Source: Lytechinus pictus
Lineage: Eukaryota
Assembly: GCF_037042905.1 (NCBI RefSeq)
Contig: NC_087252.1
Span: forward strand, 3,288,001 to 3,352,000
Length of the DNA stretch: 64,000 nt
Direction of reading: 5' to 3'
Shown: one piece after another, positions 48,506 through 60,629 of the stretch
Layout: every line of letters starts with the position of its first letter
Position numbering within the stretch: position 1 is the first letter of the stretch
Made by a program: the position numbers and the translations under genes
Notes under the pieces: model-generated
Database searches by the model: none
What the model was told of the DNA's origin: nothing
Seen by the model: only the letters and a program-made list of their open reading frames with translations

Positions 48506-49549
48506 TCAGTAACGAGTGTGACCACCTCCTGCAGCAATAACGGCTTCACAGCGCTGTCTCATGGAGCTGATGAGGCGATTGATGTCTCTGACGTCCAGTG
48601 CATCCCATGCAGCCTCCAGAGCCACACCCAGCTGCTGCAGTCCAAGTGGATGGGCTTCGAGCTGCTCGAGACTCCTCCCCATCATGTCCCAGACGTGCTC
48701 TATCGGGTTTAAGTCCGGGGACCTCGCTGGCCACTCCATACGCTCAATCCCCTGGCCCTCAAGGAACTCGGTCACCACCCTAGCTCGGTGGGCACGGGCA
48801 TTTTCATCCATGAAAATGATGTTTTGTCCCACATTTTCTGCAAATGGCACCACTATAGGTTCAAGGACCTCATCCCTGTACCTCACTCCTGTCATTGCTC
48901 CCCCTGGGACCACGTAGAGACGAGTACGGTTGGCGTAGGTGATGCCTCCCCACACCATGACGCTGCCTCCCCCATAACGGTCATGTTCTGCAATACAGGG
49001 GTCTGCAAATCTCTCTCCTGGTCGCCTCCAGACTCTCGAACGTCCATCATTGTGGTCAAGGGAAAATCTGCTCTCATCTGTGAACAGAACTCTACGCCAT
49101 TGCTGTCTGGTCCATCTGTTATGCTCCCGGGCCCAGTTGAGACGAATTCTTCTGTGAGCAGGGGTGAGTGGGACACACTGAGCTGGCCGTCTGGCATGCA
49201 TATTGGCTCTGTGAAGTCGGTTACAGATTGTTTGAGTGGAAACAATCACTCCAGTTGCTGCAGCGAAGTCATTGTTGAGGCGGCGTGCACTGTGAAAGCG
49301 GTTGCGGAGGCTGAGATTCGTCAAGTAGCGATCATCTCTAGGGGTTGTCGAAACTGGTCGGCCACTGCGGGGTCTCTCGGAGTATAGCCCTGTCTCTCGG
49401 TGTCTTTGATTTGCTCTGCTAATGACACTGTGTGACACGCCCATCATTCTGGCTACTCTTCGCTGACTGAGGCCAGCTTCCAGCATCCCTAGGGCTCTGG
49501 CTACATCTGTTTCACTTAGGTGGTGTCTTGGCATTGCTGTTGTAGGCAA
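48506..49549 (-). CDS. Tc1-family transposase, full length (likely ATG at 49533, MPRHHLSETD)
   Basis: Paired HTH region, RSGRP AT-hook, WRRVLFTDESRF, GGGSVMVWG, FMDENARAH, WPARSPDLNPIEHVW, C-terminal GGHTRY. Confidence 0.93.
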   Translation of the reverse strand: MPTTAMPRHHLSETDVARALGMLEAGLSQRRVARMMGVSHSVISRANQRHRETGLYSERPRSGRPVSTTPRDDRYLTNLSLRNRFHSARRLNNDFAAATGVIVSTQTICNRLHRANMHARRPAQCVPLTPAHRRIRLNWAREHNRWTRQQWRRVLFTDESRFSLDHNDGRSRVWRRPGERFADPCIAEHDRYGGGSVMVWGGITYANRTRLYVVPGGAMTGVRYRDEVLEPIVVPFAENVGQNIIFMDENARAHRARVVTEFLEGQGIERMEWPARSPDLNPIEHVWDMMGRSLEQLEAHPLGLQQLGVALEAAWDALDVRDINRLISSMRQRCEAVIAAGGGHTRY

Positions 49550-49925
49550 GTTGTTGATTGTACAGACTAAAGACGGAAAATGCTTTGGAAGACACTTGTC
49601 TTATGGCCCACTGCAATGATGCCAGAGACATCATGAAAGAACTGCATGTGTGAAATGATGTCATTGTGTTTGATGGCATTCTGGACAGCTGTATCTTGGC
49701 ATTGCTATTGTCAGCAAGTTGTTGATTGTAGAGACTAAAGACAGAAAATGCTTTGGAAGCCACTTTTGTACGGGCACATGGCAATGATGCAAGAGACATG
49801 AAAGAACTGCATGTGTGAAATTGATTTCATTGTGTTTGATGGCATCCTGGACAGCTGTATCTTGGCATTGCTGTTGTCAGCAATTTGTTGATTGTAGAGA
49901 CTAAAGACAGAAAATGCATTTGAAT
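49527..49925. repeat. ~165-168-bp tandem repeat (~2.4 units) in the spacer of the Tc1 palindrome
   Basis: TCTTGGCATTGCT.TTGT...GACTAAAGAC.GAAAATGC at 49527, 49695 and 49860. Each unit includes the transposase start-codon context. Confidence 0.8.
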
Positions 49926-49939
49926 CCACAGCCCTAGGG

Positions 49940-50920
49940 ATGCTGGAAGCTGGCCTCAGTCAGCGAAGAGTAGCCAGAATGATGGGCGTGTCACACAGTG
50001 TCATTAGCAGAGCAAATCAAAGACACCGAGAGACAGGGCTATACTCCGAGAGACCCCGCAGTGGCCGACCAGTTTCGACAACCCCTAGAGATGATCGCTA
50101 CTTGACGAATCTCAGCCTCCGCAACCGCTTTCACAGTGCACGCCGCCTCAACAATGACTTCGCTGCAGCAACTGGAGTGATTGTTTCCACTCAAACAATC
50201 CGTAACCGACTTCACAGAGCCAATATGCATGCAAGACGGCCAGCTCAGTGTGTCCCACTCACCCCTGCTCACAGAAGAATTCGTCTCAACTGGGCCCGGG
50301 AGCATGTCAGATGGACCAGACAGCAATGGCGTAGAGTTCTGTTCACAGATGAGAGCAGATTTTCCCTTGACCACAATGATGGACGTTCGAGAGTCTGGAG
50401 GCGACCAGGAGAGAGATTTGCAGACCCCTGTATTGCAGAACATGACCGTTATGGGGGAGGCAGCGTCATGGTGTGGGGAGGCATCACCTACGCCAACCGT
50501 ACTCGTCTCTACGTGGTCCCAGGGGGAGCAATGACAGGAGTGAGGTACAGGGATGAGGTCCTTGAACCTATAGTGGTGCCATTTGCAGAAAATGTGGGAC
50601 AAAACATCATTTTCATGGATGAAAATGCCCGTGCCCACCGAGCTAGGGTGGTGACCGAGTTCCTTGAGGGCCAGGGGATTGAGCGTATGGAGTGGCCAGC
50701 GAGGTCCCCGGACTTAAACCCGATAGAGCACGTCTGGGACATGATGGGGAGGAGTCTCGAGCAGCTCGAAGCCCATCCACTTGGACTGCAGCAGCTGGGT
50801 GTGGCTCTGGAGGCTGCATGGGATGCACTGGACGTCAGAGACATCAATCGCCTCATCAGCTCCATGAGACAGCGCTGTGAAGCCGTTATTGCTGCAGGAG
50901 GTGGTCACACTCGTTACTGA
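49940..50920 (+). CDS. Tc1-family transposase, N-terminally truncated second copy (lacks ~16 aa)
   Basis: Same protein from MLEAGLSQ onward, with two amino-acid differences (C/R, N/V). Confidence 0.88.
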   Translation: MLEAGLSQRRVARMMGVSHSVISRANQRHRETGLYSERPRSGRPVSTTPRDDRYLTNLSLRNRFHSARRLNNDFAAATGVIVSTQTIRNRLHRANMHARRPAQCVPLTPAHRRIRLNWAREHVRWTRQQWRRVLFTDESRFSLDHNDGRSRVWRRPGERFADPCIAEHDRYGGGSVMVWGGITYANRTRLYVVPGGAMTGVRYRDEVLEPIVVPFAENVGQNIIFMDENARAHRARVVTEFLEGQGIERMEWPARSPDLNPIEHVWDMMGRSLEQLEAHPLGLQQLGVALEAAWDALDVRDINRLISSMRQRCEAVIAAGGGHTRY

Positions 50921-52052
50921 ACTGCCTGAAAGACACTCAGACATTCGTTTTTACCACTTCATGTCGGTAGCTGATACCCCTCGGGGCACACTTTTCAGGA
51001 TGTGCAGTGATGCGAGAGACATTGTGCAACAACTGAAACCACCCATGCGTGAAATTGATTACAGCGTGTTTAAGGACATTTAGGACAGTTGTACTGAGGT
51101 ATTTCCAGAAATAAAACACCTTGTATAAAATCTTTATGTACGTTTTAAAAAGTGGTCCTTAACTTTTTTTGAGTAGTGTAGATGAAGAGCCCTTACTGCG
51201 TGGGGTCCGGGAGCTTATTTGCATAAAATTGAGCAAGCTTATAGTTATAGCACAATGTTGTATATGCAGTCCATCTTTCTTCCCGCTCTTTATTTTCTAT
51301 CCTCGGCAGTGCCCGGTCATGTTATTGAGTTTTTTTCTTGTCCCTTTTCTTTGTTTTCCAATTTAGCTTTTCACTAATTCCATTCTACCTTCATTTCCCG
51401 CTATTGTTTGGCATTTTGTCATCTTTTCATTTATTTCCCATCACGCTATTGCATTACATAGGCCTATTTCGGAATGATTTGTTCTTTCTCAAATATTGTT
51501 TCGTTCCTTTCCCGCTTTCCTTCCTTTTCCATTAAAAATATTGTTTTCTTTTCACTTTTCCCTTTCCTTTTCCCCTTTCCTTCTTCTTTCCCTTTCTTTC
51601 TCCCTCCCTTTTCTTTTTTTCCCGTTTTTTTTATTTTCCCGCTGAAATCCGCCAGGGGGGGGGCAACTTGCCCCCCCTGCCCCCCCCCCCCGCCTGTTAC
51701 GCCACTGGTTCAGAGTGACGTAATGAGTAAAAAAAATGAGGGGCTAGATATAGCAGCTGGAGCAAAAATTTTGATCTTTTCAATAACAAACCCTATATTT
51801 TGACATAATATGAAGAAAATAATACAATATTCCACTCTTTCCCTTTCCTTTTCTTCTTTTTTTTTCTTGGCCGTAAAACAGTTGGGGGCCCCCAATCGCC
51901 ACCCCCATCTGTACGCCAGTGGCTGAAGTTTACATTCCCCGATTTTGCAAGGGCTGAAAATCAGGCGTTGAACTGCACTAACGCCCCAAACTGCCCCTAT
52001 CTCTCTACTAGACTAGACCCATTCTGGAAAAAGAGGCCTGTATAAACTTTAA

Positions 52053-55000
52053 GAAGCATTTTGGGGTAAAAGTTGGAAACCGGACTATTTCACACAATTC
52101 AAATATGTTGAATCTGATAAGATCGGTTCCCAAGCTAATTTCTCATGTTTTGACCACCTAATTTGCATAAACAAAATTGCTGCCAAATTGACAATTCAGA
52201 ATATTATTTCGACAATGTTCTTTAATTATATTCGCTTTCACAGACATGAATACTGCAAAATCCTGCATACATACGTGTACCTTTCGGGAAAACCTGTTAT
52301 TTTTGTTTGCGGCTAATTAATTATGCAAATTTATGCATATTTTGGATCATTATGCTATAATTTGATAATTTCAGCTCAAATGTTTTTATTTCTGGTACAA
52401 ATAGCATTTACATCATTATGAATAATTGAACGATCCTTAGAATATAATATCACAGTGAATAATAATGTATTTTATTGTTTTTGAATTTCTTATGTATTTC
52501 TTTCTATTTTGTACCTTTTGTTTTGTACATGTTTTGTTATGGGATCCGTCAAATTATTGATTATCAGTGGAAGAAAATAATTAGCTTTAATGATTTAATT
52601 ATGTAATCACATTTTTATTCTAATATATCCATGGTCATAAACAGATGCACCCACTCCCACACCCACATCTGCATACAAAGGTAAACTCCTGCACGGAGGG
52701 CCTTCCCATTTAAAAGCACACTGGTGGAGATTCAACGAATTTCACGAACCTATCTGTATTCAAGCGAATGTCACTATTAATTGCTTATATTTTTATCATA
52801 AAATGTTATCTTGAGTTATGATATCAATCAATTCATTCATATTTACAATTTTGGATGATGAATTGTTAAATTTGAATCATAACAGTACTGTAATTCTCAA
52901 CTCCTAATAGTCAATCAGTTGCATTTAATATCCTTTGGAGTAGTTATGTTCCCGACCAACAGAATCTGATCACACATACATGTATTTATATTTAGTGTGT
53001 TTTTCTTCAGCAAAATGAAGTGAAAACCGTCTGCTGAAAATGAGATGTCCTGTGTTTTTCTCCATTACGCTCGTCAAATTGTCCTAATATTGAAAAAGAA
53101 ATTCTCAGAACTGAATCCACATAATTATAATCCATTTAATTTCTCATTTTGCCTATCATTTATACCGTTTTCCGTGTTTTAAAAGCCAGACTGTGATGTT
53201 CTAAAGTTTCACAACGAATAAGTCACTGCATATCCCTTTAGTAACAATTTTTTTTAATTGGACTTCATTAACGGATTACATGTGCATCTCCATAATATAT
53301 ATTTTCCAATGCAGTACTGCACCTGTCCTATCAAGGATTGCCACTTCATCCAACTTAGAGGCATCCAGCTTCCCCCAGCTTGATATACACCTTTATTTTT
53401 GGGGTGTTGAATGATCAATGTCAGTCATCATCGATTTGGTGTTCCATTGGATGGCTTGATTGATAGGGCAGCCTCATATTATAAAAGTCATCTCTAATTG
53501 TTGAAATCAAACCAATTTAGTACAAGTATTCTGCGGAGGCAGTTCGTATCGAAGTCATCGTGTTTGTGTTCTTGAGATATGTCTGATTCTCATGTCACAG
53601 ATCCATAGAGAAACCTAAACTTTTGTCTTGAGAGAGAATCTGCTGTCTAACCGGATCTTGTTTCAGGTGTTAAAATGCTCGGAGTGCACATTTTCAATAC
53701 CGCAGTGAATTGTGTAATGTCTTCTAGGCCATTTATCGAACTACTAATATTCACACATCTTCATATCTTCATAAGATAGACTATTTCAAATTGATAACGA
53801 AGACATCTTTCTGAGGATGGTCGGTTCCTGGCATGTTTGGCGCTCCTGTAGGTGATTATTAATCCACTTATTTTGATCGGTATTAAACCCAACAGCATCC
53901 AATAGCTTACCCAGTTCTGATAGGCTGCATGCTAGTCTGAGATAACACCATCAAAGTCTAGGTCGAGAATTTCTTCGATTGTAGAGCCAGGATTTCTCTT
54001 TCTATGAGGAAAGCAGTTGCCTAAGTTATGTTTGACTTGTCAACCGGTTTTGATACCAGTGAACATGTCATTCTCTTGGGAGACTGACAGTCTGTTTTGG
54101 AATTGATGATTCTGCACTCCAATGGCAGGTTTCCTCTTACCTTGCCAATAGAGCTGTATGAAGCTGTATTCATCACTGGCATGCAGTCTCCTGTGACTAC
54201 CCTTTGATATAGAGTTCCTTTGGAGTCTGTCCTTGTCCCTTGTTCTTCAAGCTGTACATCACTCCTCTTGGCTCTGTAATGTGGCGACATGGTCTTGGTA
54301 TACACTTCTATGCTGACGACATCCAGCTGTATACCTCACTTTTGATCCAAAAGGTAAATATACAGAGGTTTGAGCAGCTGCCGTTGTTGGTGCTGCAATT
54401 GAGGATTCGATGTCGGATGAAGGTCAACTTCCTGGAGCTTAACAATAAAAAGCGAAGTATCTTGTTCTGTCATCTCCATATATGCGTAATTATTATGACT
54501 ACAACTCCAGTCTTAATAGGCAAGGAAACTATATATCTCCAGTATGCAAGTCTAGATCTCTTGGCGTAGTCTTTGATAAAACAATGAGCATGAAGAAACA
54601 CACATCACATGTCTGCCAGAATTGCTGAGATCAGACATTGTCTTACATGAGGTGGTGCAGAAAATATCATCCATGACCGGATAACCTCTAGACTGGACTT
54701 CTGCAACTGTCTCCATGCTGGTTTACCTTCAACAGGCATCTCTAGCACTTTTTAACCATAGGACACACTGTGAAAATTTGTTCTGCATTGGGTAGTGACT
54801 GGGCTGGATACCTTGTTCTGCCCATGTTTTAACCATGGAGCTAATCTGTGTTTAGCCCCATGTTTTTATCATTTCCTCTTCTGTATTCAGTATCGTTCGT
54901 CAAAGAATCTTCCAAGGCAGGGACTAAATAAAAGCTATGGTTTTCAGTTATCATTTTGATGGTTGACTTGGGGGAAATGTATCGTTGCCAAATAAATAAA

Positions 55001-56041
55001 TAAATCGGTAATGACCAAAAAAACTAGTAAGTGATCCAGTAATACAGACCCTTTGCATTTATTACAAATTGTTATTTGGTTAACTGCCATGATTGCAGTT
55101 CTGATGGAGCTGAATCAAAGACATAATTTTGCTACAAGGATAATAACAATGTACTGATACTTATATCCGATTGATAAACTACACTGCGTAAATTATACGT
55201 TTAATTGATTATTTGATCTGTTATAAAACATTTTAATATATCTATTTCAAGAAATTTAAGTTCAGCATGATTACAGGTTTTCCAACTTCTAAATTCTTCT
55301 TTTCTTTAATACGGGTTCATTGAATTTGGTAATTGTCTTGATTATAGGATCAGCATCAATGTTTTTATATTGGGCATGTCTACTATACCTTGCAAGTATA
55401 TTACTTTCTATGTACAGGTGTGCATGTGGGAGCATGTGTGTGTATTTGTTGCTGAGTACAATTAACAGTTGTGGCAAAAGAAGTTTATCAAAAGATTCAA
55501 TCATTGAAGCTTGATATTTGTCTGCCATTGATATTAGTTTTTTAAAGATCTCATATCAAACATATACAAAGCAAATGGCAGAAAATACAAGAACACAAAA
55601 GAAATATCAAAGAACAAGAAAATACATATAAAAATTGACTTAAGAATTATATTTAAGGGCCAAAAAATTATCATAATGATACAAATGGTATTTGTACCCA
55701 AAATAATAAACATTTTAGGTGTAGTTATTAAATTATAGCATAATATTGCAAAATATGCATAAATTTGCATAATTAATTTGCCGCAAACAGAAATAACAAG
55801 TTTTCCCAAATGGTACATGTTAAGTATGCAGGATTTTGCAGTATCCATATCAGTGAAAGCGAATATTATAAAAGAATATTGTAAAAATAAGATTATAAAT
55901 TGTCAATTTGGCAGCTATTTTGTTTATGCAAATTAGGTGGTCAAAACATGAAAAATTGGTTTGGAAACCGGTCTTATCAGATTCAGCACATTCAAATTAG
56001 GTGAAATAGACCGGTTCCCAACTTTTACCCCAAAATGCTCC
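52053..56041. mobile_element. Kolobok-like non-autonomous element with ~550-bp imperfect TIRs
   Basis: TTAA|GAAGCATTTTGGGGTAAAAGTTGG... and ...CCAACTTTTACCCCAAAATGCTCC|TTAA. Inverted similarity extends over ~52053-52600 vs ~55495-56041. Confidence 0.7.
54000..54760 (+). pseudogene. Degenerate L2/CR1-type reverse transcriptase fragment
   Basis: [30 protein letters not shown] and RLDFCNCL motifs across frameshifts and stops. Confidence 0.8.
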
Positions 56042-56825
56042 TTAAACTCAAGACCATATTGGTCTTGTCTATACAACTCTCGTGCAGTATCATTCATTCA
56101 GTTCGTGTTAAGCAAGAGTGCATGCAGGCAATCACGGCAGGCAACACATCTGAGCATATTTCACTTTTACAACTTCGGATTTTAATCGGCTTCGGAAACA
56201 AAGTTTCTGCTTGTTATATCCAAAATTCATAATATTTTATTGATCAGGATGTTATTTGATTTGATGTATAACTCTTAACCAAACGTTTACTCTGGAAATG
56301 CAAAATTACTCGCCGTAGAAATAGAAATCCTACAAACAAGGCTTTCAAATAACTTGTGTGGCACATAAACTTAGTACAGCTTAAATAAAAATGAGCACAC
56401 CATCGATCCTTCATACTAGGGGTTATTTATCGAGTGCTAAATTGGGCAAAATTTGAAAAGAGAAATCAATTTAAAGTGTCAAGTAAAGAGTTTTTGTCTT
56501 CTCTTTGTATGAAAATGATTAACTAATCCTTATTTCCAGCCCAGGTTACTGGTAGATATATTTTTTTCTTCCCAATTTTTCCTTTTTTAATACTTTTTTT
56601 TTATACCGGCTCCCAAGCGCTACTCCGCAAGGCTTGGTGCGCCACAAGTGGCACGCGCGCCACCATTTGAGAATCCCTGATGTAGGGTATCAGTTTAAAG
56701 AAAATGAAATGCTTTATTCATTAATATTAATTAAACATTGATATTTGCTAAAACCGAGGAGAAATGACCGACCAAAGTCAGATTTCTAAACTGTTTTCGT
56801 GAGGAGTATATATATATATATATAT

Positions 56826-58545
56826 AATAATCACAAAAGGTTTAGTAAATGCCGTAAAAATAAAATCGTAGATTTTAAAAGGAGCATAGCTCTCAAAAAT
56901 GAAAGGTAAAGTCACACTCTTCGTCAGTGCCCATGATGTGACAAAAAAAAAGAGAATTCAAAATCCGTTTCTGAAACAGTCGTGAAAAACACGTCTATTC
57001 ATGAGCATACGGATTGTGAAACTCACCTTTCAAAGAAATCAATGCGCTGAAGATGGAGGAAGCGCACTGTAAAAGACGCATCTAAAGACGCGTTACCATG
57101 ACTGCAAGATGACAATGGCGAATCTCCGGCTCCAAAACAGGAAAATCTGAAAAGGGCCTCACCGCCAACAGTCGAAGTTTAGCAGTAAAAAGTACCTGAG
57201 TAAAATAGAAATAGTCTGCTTCGGCATAAGGAATAAAATAATCACAAAAGGTTTAGTAAATGCCGTAAAAATAAAATCGTAGATTTTAAAAGGAGCATAG
57301 CTCTCAAAAATGAAAGGTAAAGTCACACTCTTCGTCAGTGCCCATGATGTGACAAAAAAAAAGAGAATTCAAAATCCGTTTCTGAAACAGTCGTGAAAAA
57401 CACGTCTATTCATGAGCATACGGATTGTGAAACTCACCTTTCAAAGAAATCAATGCGCTGAAGATGGAGGAAGCGCACTGTAAAAGACGCATCTAAAGAC
57501 GCGTTACCATGACTGCAAGATGACAATGGCGAATCTCCGGCTCCAAAACAGGAAAATCTGAAAAGGGCCTCACCGCCAACAGTCGAAGTTTAGCAGTAAA
57601 AAGTACCTGAGTAAAATAGAAATAGTCTGCTTCGGCATAAGGAATAAAATAATCACAAAAGGTTTAGTAAATGCCGTAAAAATAAAATCGTAGATTTTAA
57701 AAGGAGCATAGCTCTCAAAAATGAAAGGTAAAGTCACACTCTTCGTCAGTGCCCATGATGTGACAAAAAAAAAGAGAATTCAAAATCCGTTTCTGAAACA
57801 GTCGTGAAAAACACGTCTATTCATGAGCATACGGATTGTGAAACTCACCTTTCAAAGAAATCAATGCGCTGAAGATGGAGGAAGCGCACTGTAAAAGACG
57901 CATCTAAAGACGCGTTACCATGACTGCAAGATGACAATGGCGAATCTCCGGCTCCAAAACAGGAAAATCTGAAAAGGGCCTCACCGCCAACAGTCGAAGT
58001 TTAGCAGTAAAAAGTACCTGAGTAAAATAGAAATAGTCTGCTTCGGCATAAGGAATAAAATAATCACAAAAGGTTTAGTAAATGCCGTAAAAATAAAATC
58101 GTAGATTTTAAAAGGAGCATAGCTCTCAAAAATGAAAGGTACTCAGGTACTTTTTACTGCTAAACTTCGACTGTTGGCGGTGAGGCCCTTTTCAGATTTT
58201 CCTGTTTTGGAGCCGGAGATTCGCCATTGTCATCTTGCAGTCATGGTAACGCGTCTTTAGATGCGTCTTTTACAGTGCGCTTCCTCCATCTTCAGCGCAT
58301 TGATTTCTTTGAAAGGTGAGTTTCACAATCCGTATGCTCATGAATAGACGTGTTTTTCACGACTGTTTCAGAAACGGATTTTGAATTCTCTTTTTTTTTT
58401 TCACATCATGGGCACTGACGAAGAGTGTGACTTTACCTTTCATTTTTGAGAGCTATGCTCCTTTTAAAATCTACGATTTTATTTTTACGGCATTTACTAA
58501 ACCTTTTGTGATTATTTTATTCCTTATGCCGAAGCAGACTATTTC

Positions 58546-58552
<7 letters not shown>
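56826..58552. mobile_element. Penelope-like/retrozyme-like array: 3.2 tandem 411-bp units plus one inverted unit, within (TA)n
   Basis: Units start at 56826, 57237, 57648 and 58059 (partial, to 58141); inverted full unit at 58140-58552. (TA)n on both flanks. Each full unit has a degenerate hammerhead motif. Confidence 0.7.
58410..58460 (+). ncRNA. Degenerate minimal type I hammerhead ribozyme motif (also on the minus strand at 56882-56932 and +411, +822)
   Basis: GGGCA-CTGACGA-A-GAGTG...CATTTTT-GAGA-GC-TA-TGCTC. Stem I, stem II and the palindromic stem III are present, but the core GAAA reads GAGA. Confidence 0.5.
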
Positions 58553-58590
<38 letters not shown>

Positions 58591-58605
58591 TGCACGCACA
58601 CGCGC

Positions 58606-58661
<56 letters not shown>

Positions 58662-60629
58662 TGTGACGGAATCGCTGGGCGGGGTGGTTGGGTGGTCCGC
58701 CGGCAGCTCGCTCTTGTCAGGATGCCTGCCGCCGGCGGGTGTCTTGCCACGTCGATTTCCAAACTTTTAGTCGCGGATCCGTTTGGCAGAGATATACTGC
58801 CGCAGTTGACACTTGCACAAGCCTCGAACCAGCCAGTTCCACCACCAGGCAACCTCCAGACGGCTACACTCTTTATTTGTCAGCTCCTACAGTTCACCCG
58901 ACCATATGCATCTAGCTTGTGTAGTTAAGCTCCCCGACCATATGCATCTGATTCCTGTAGTTAAGCTCTTACGACCATAGGTATGGGTTCCTCTGTAGTT
59001 AAGCTCCCACGACCATACCCATGGACTCTGCTTTACATGTAACTTCTTCCGTCGTCTGCTCCGTACTGCAACCACGTCTGCATTCAGTACAGCAACCATG
59101 CACGTCTAATTTCGTACTACAACCACGTCTGTTCAGTACCGCAACCACGTCTGTTCAGTACCACGACCACGTCTGAGTCCGTACTGCAACCACTGGCATC
59201 TGTTCAATACCGGAAACTACGTCTGGTTCCTCGACCATATTCAGTGGCGTAACAGGCAAGCTGCCCCCCCCCCCCCCCTCCCTGGCGGAGCTCACCGGGA
59301 AAATAAGAAAAAACGGGAAAAACAAAAAAAAAGGGGGGAAGAAAGGGAAAGGGAAAGGAAAAAAAAAGGGGGAAGTGGAAAGGGAAAAGAAAACTAAGAA
59401 AAAACACAAAAAAGGGAAAACGGAAAGATAACGGGAAAAGCAAGGAAAGAAGAACAAGTGAGAAAGAACAATTCTCCCCGATATACAAATACATTAGCAT
59501 GATTAGTAAGACAGGGAAATAAATTAAAGATGAAAAAAAAGCAAACAAAAGCGGGAAATAAAGGCAGAATGGAATTAGCCAAAATCTAAATTGGAAAATA
59601 AAGAATAGGGACAAGATAACGTACACTACCGGGCTGCCGAGGATTGAGATAACGAGCGGGAAGAAAAATGGATGAAATATAGCATAATGTCGTATGAAAG
59701 TCTATCATAATCTTGTTAAATCTCCAAAGGCTCTGTCCAAGAGTCAAGACCCCGTGCAGTGGGGGCTCTTCATCTGTAACCTTTAATGGGTACTATAACG
59801 GGCCCCTATATGGACCCTTCCTGCATTAAGCTTTACGTTGAAGCACTGGCATACCGGGGGGTGGTTCCACAGCCAAGGGGAAATAAAAGAAAATAAAGGA
59901 GGCAGCGAAATGACATGAATGAAAAAAAAATACATGACATGATATTTGCTATAATGATGTAAAAATCGATCACATAATTAGAATTTCATTTTAACAGGCC
60001 ATTTTTTTTCTGGCTCGCTTCGCTCGCTGGCGACTTTTTACAAATTTCCCCATATTTGCTATGGTGTGCCCCTCACAATATTCGGATGATTACGATACAC
60101 AACTGCATTGAATTTATGTGTTGTGTGAAAGCTAAGTAAATATACACGCAATTTGATTAAAATTAGTGGCCATCTGTAAGGTTTAAAATGGCTTTGATAT
60201 CAAGAGGTTCCGGGGCTCTACCCTGGACCCCACCCATAAAGCACTGTTATATGGATGAGTTTGGACCATGGCCCCCAAAAGTTCTACAACCAAACAGAAA
60301 AAATGAGGAAAGAAAGGAAAGTGTATTATATTTTTCTGAATATCACGTTAAAATCTATCTTCATGTTAGATTCTCATGAAAAGGTGATTTTTTATCTCGC
60401 TCGCTTCGCTCGCTCGGGACCTATATTAAGCTACTTCTTGCCACAAGTGCCATACTCGGCCCCCTCGAGCATATAGAGCTTCGCCCTGATGCTCAAAATC
60501 ATAACAAAAAAATGTTCACCGTTATGTAACATTATGTCAAAATCTATCACAAAATTTGATTTTTGCAATAAAAATGTCAAAAAATTTTGCTCGCTCGCTC
60601 GCTTTTATATATATATATATATATATATA

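Larger units (their letters stand above)
48247..51178. mobile_element. Palindromic Tc1/mariner element built from two inverted 3' halves
   Basis: TA|CACTACTCAAAA...TTTTGAGTAGTG|TA. Arms 48247-49496 and 49930-51178 are reverse complements with only a handful of differences; 433-bp spacer. Confidence 0.92.
47232..51707. mobile_element. hAT-like non-autonomous element (~1.5 kb) hosting the Tc1 insertion
   Basis: 15-bp perfect TIR CAGTGGCGTAACAGG / CCTGTTACGCCACTG with 8-bp TSD GTTCAGAG (47224-47231 / 51708-51715). Related copy at 59242-61627. Confidence 0.85.

Noticed and set aside
48482..50944. Overlapping 60-199 aa ORFs antisense or out of frame to the transposases
   Set aside because: Shadow ORFs of a GC-richer coding sequence with no recognisable motifs.
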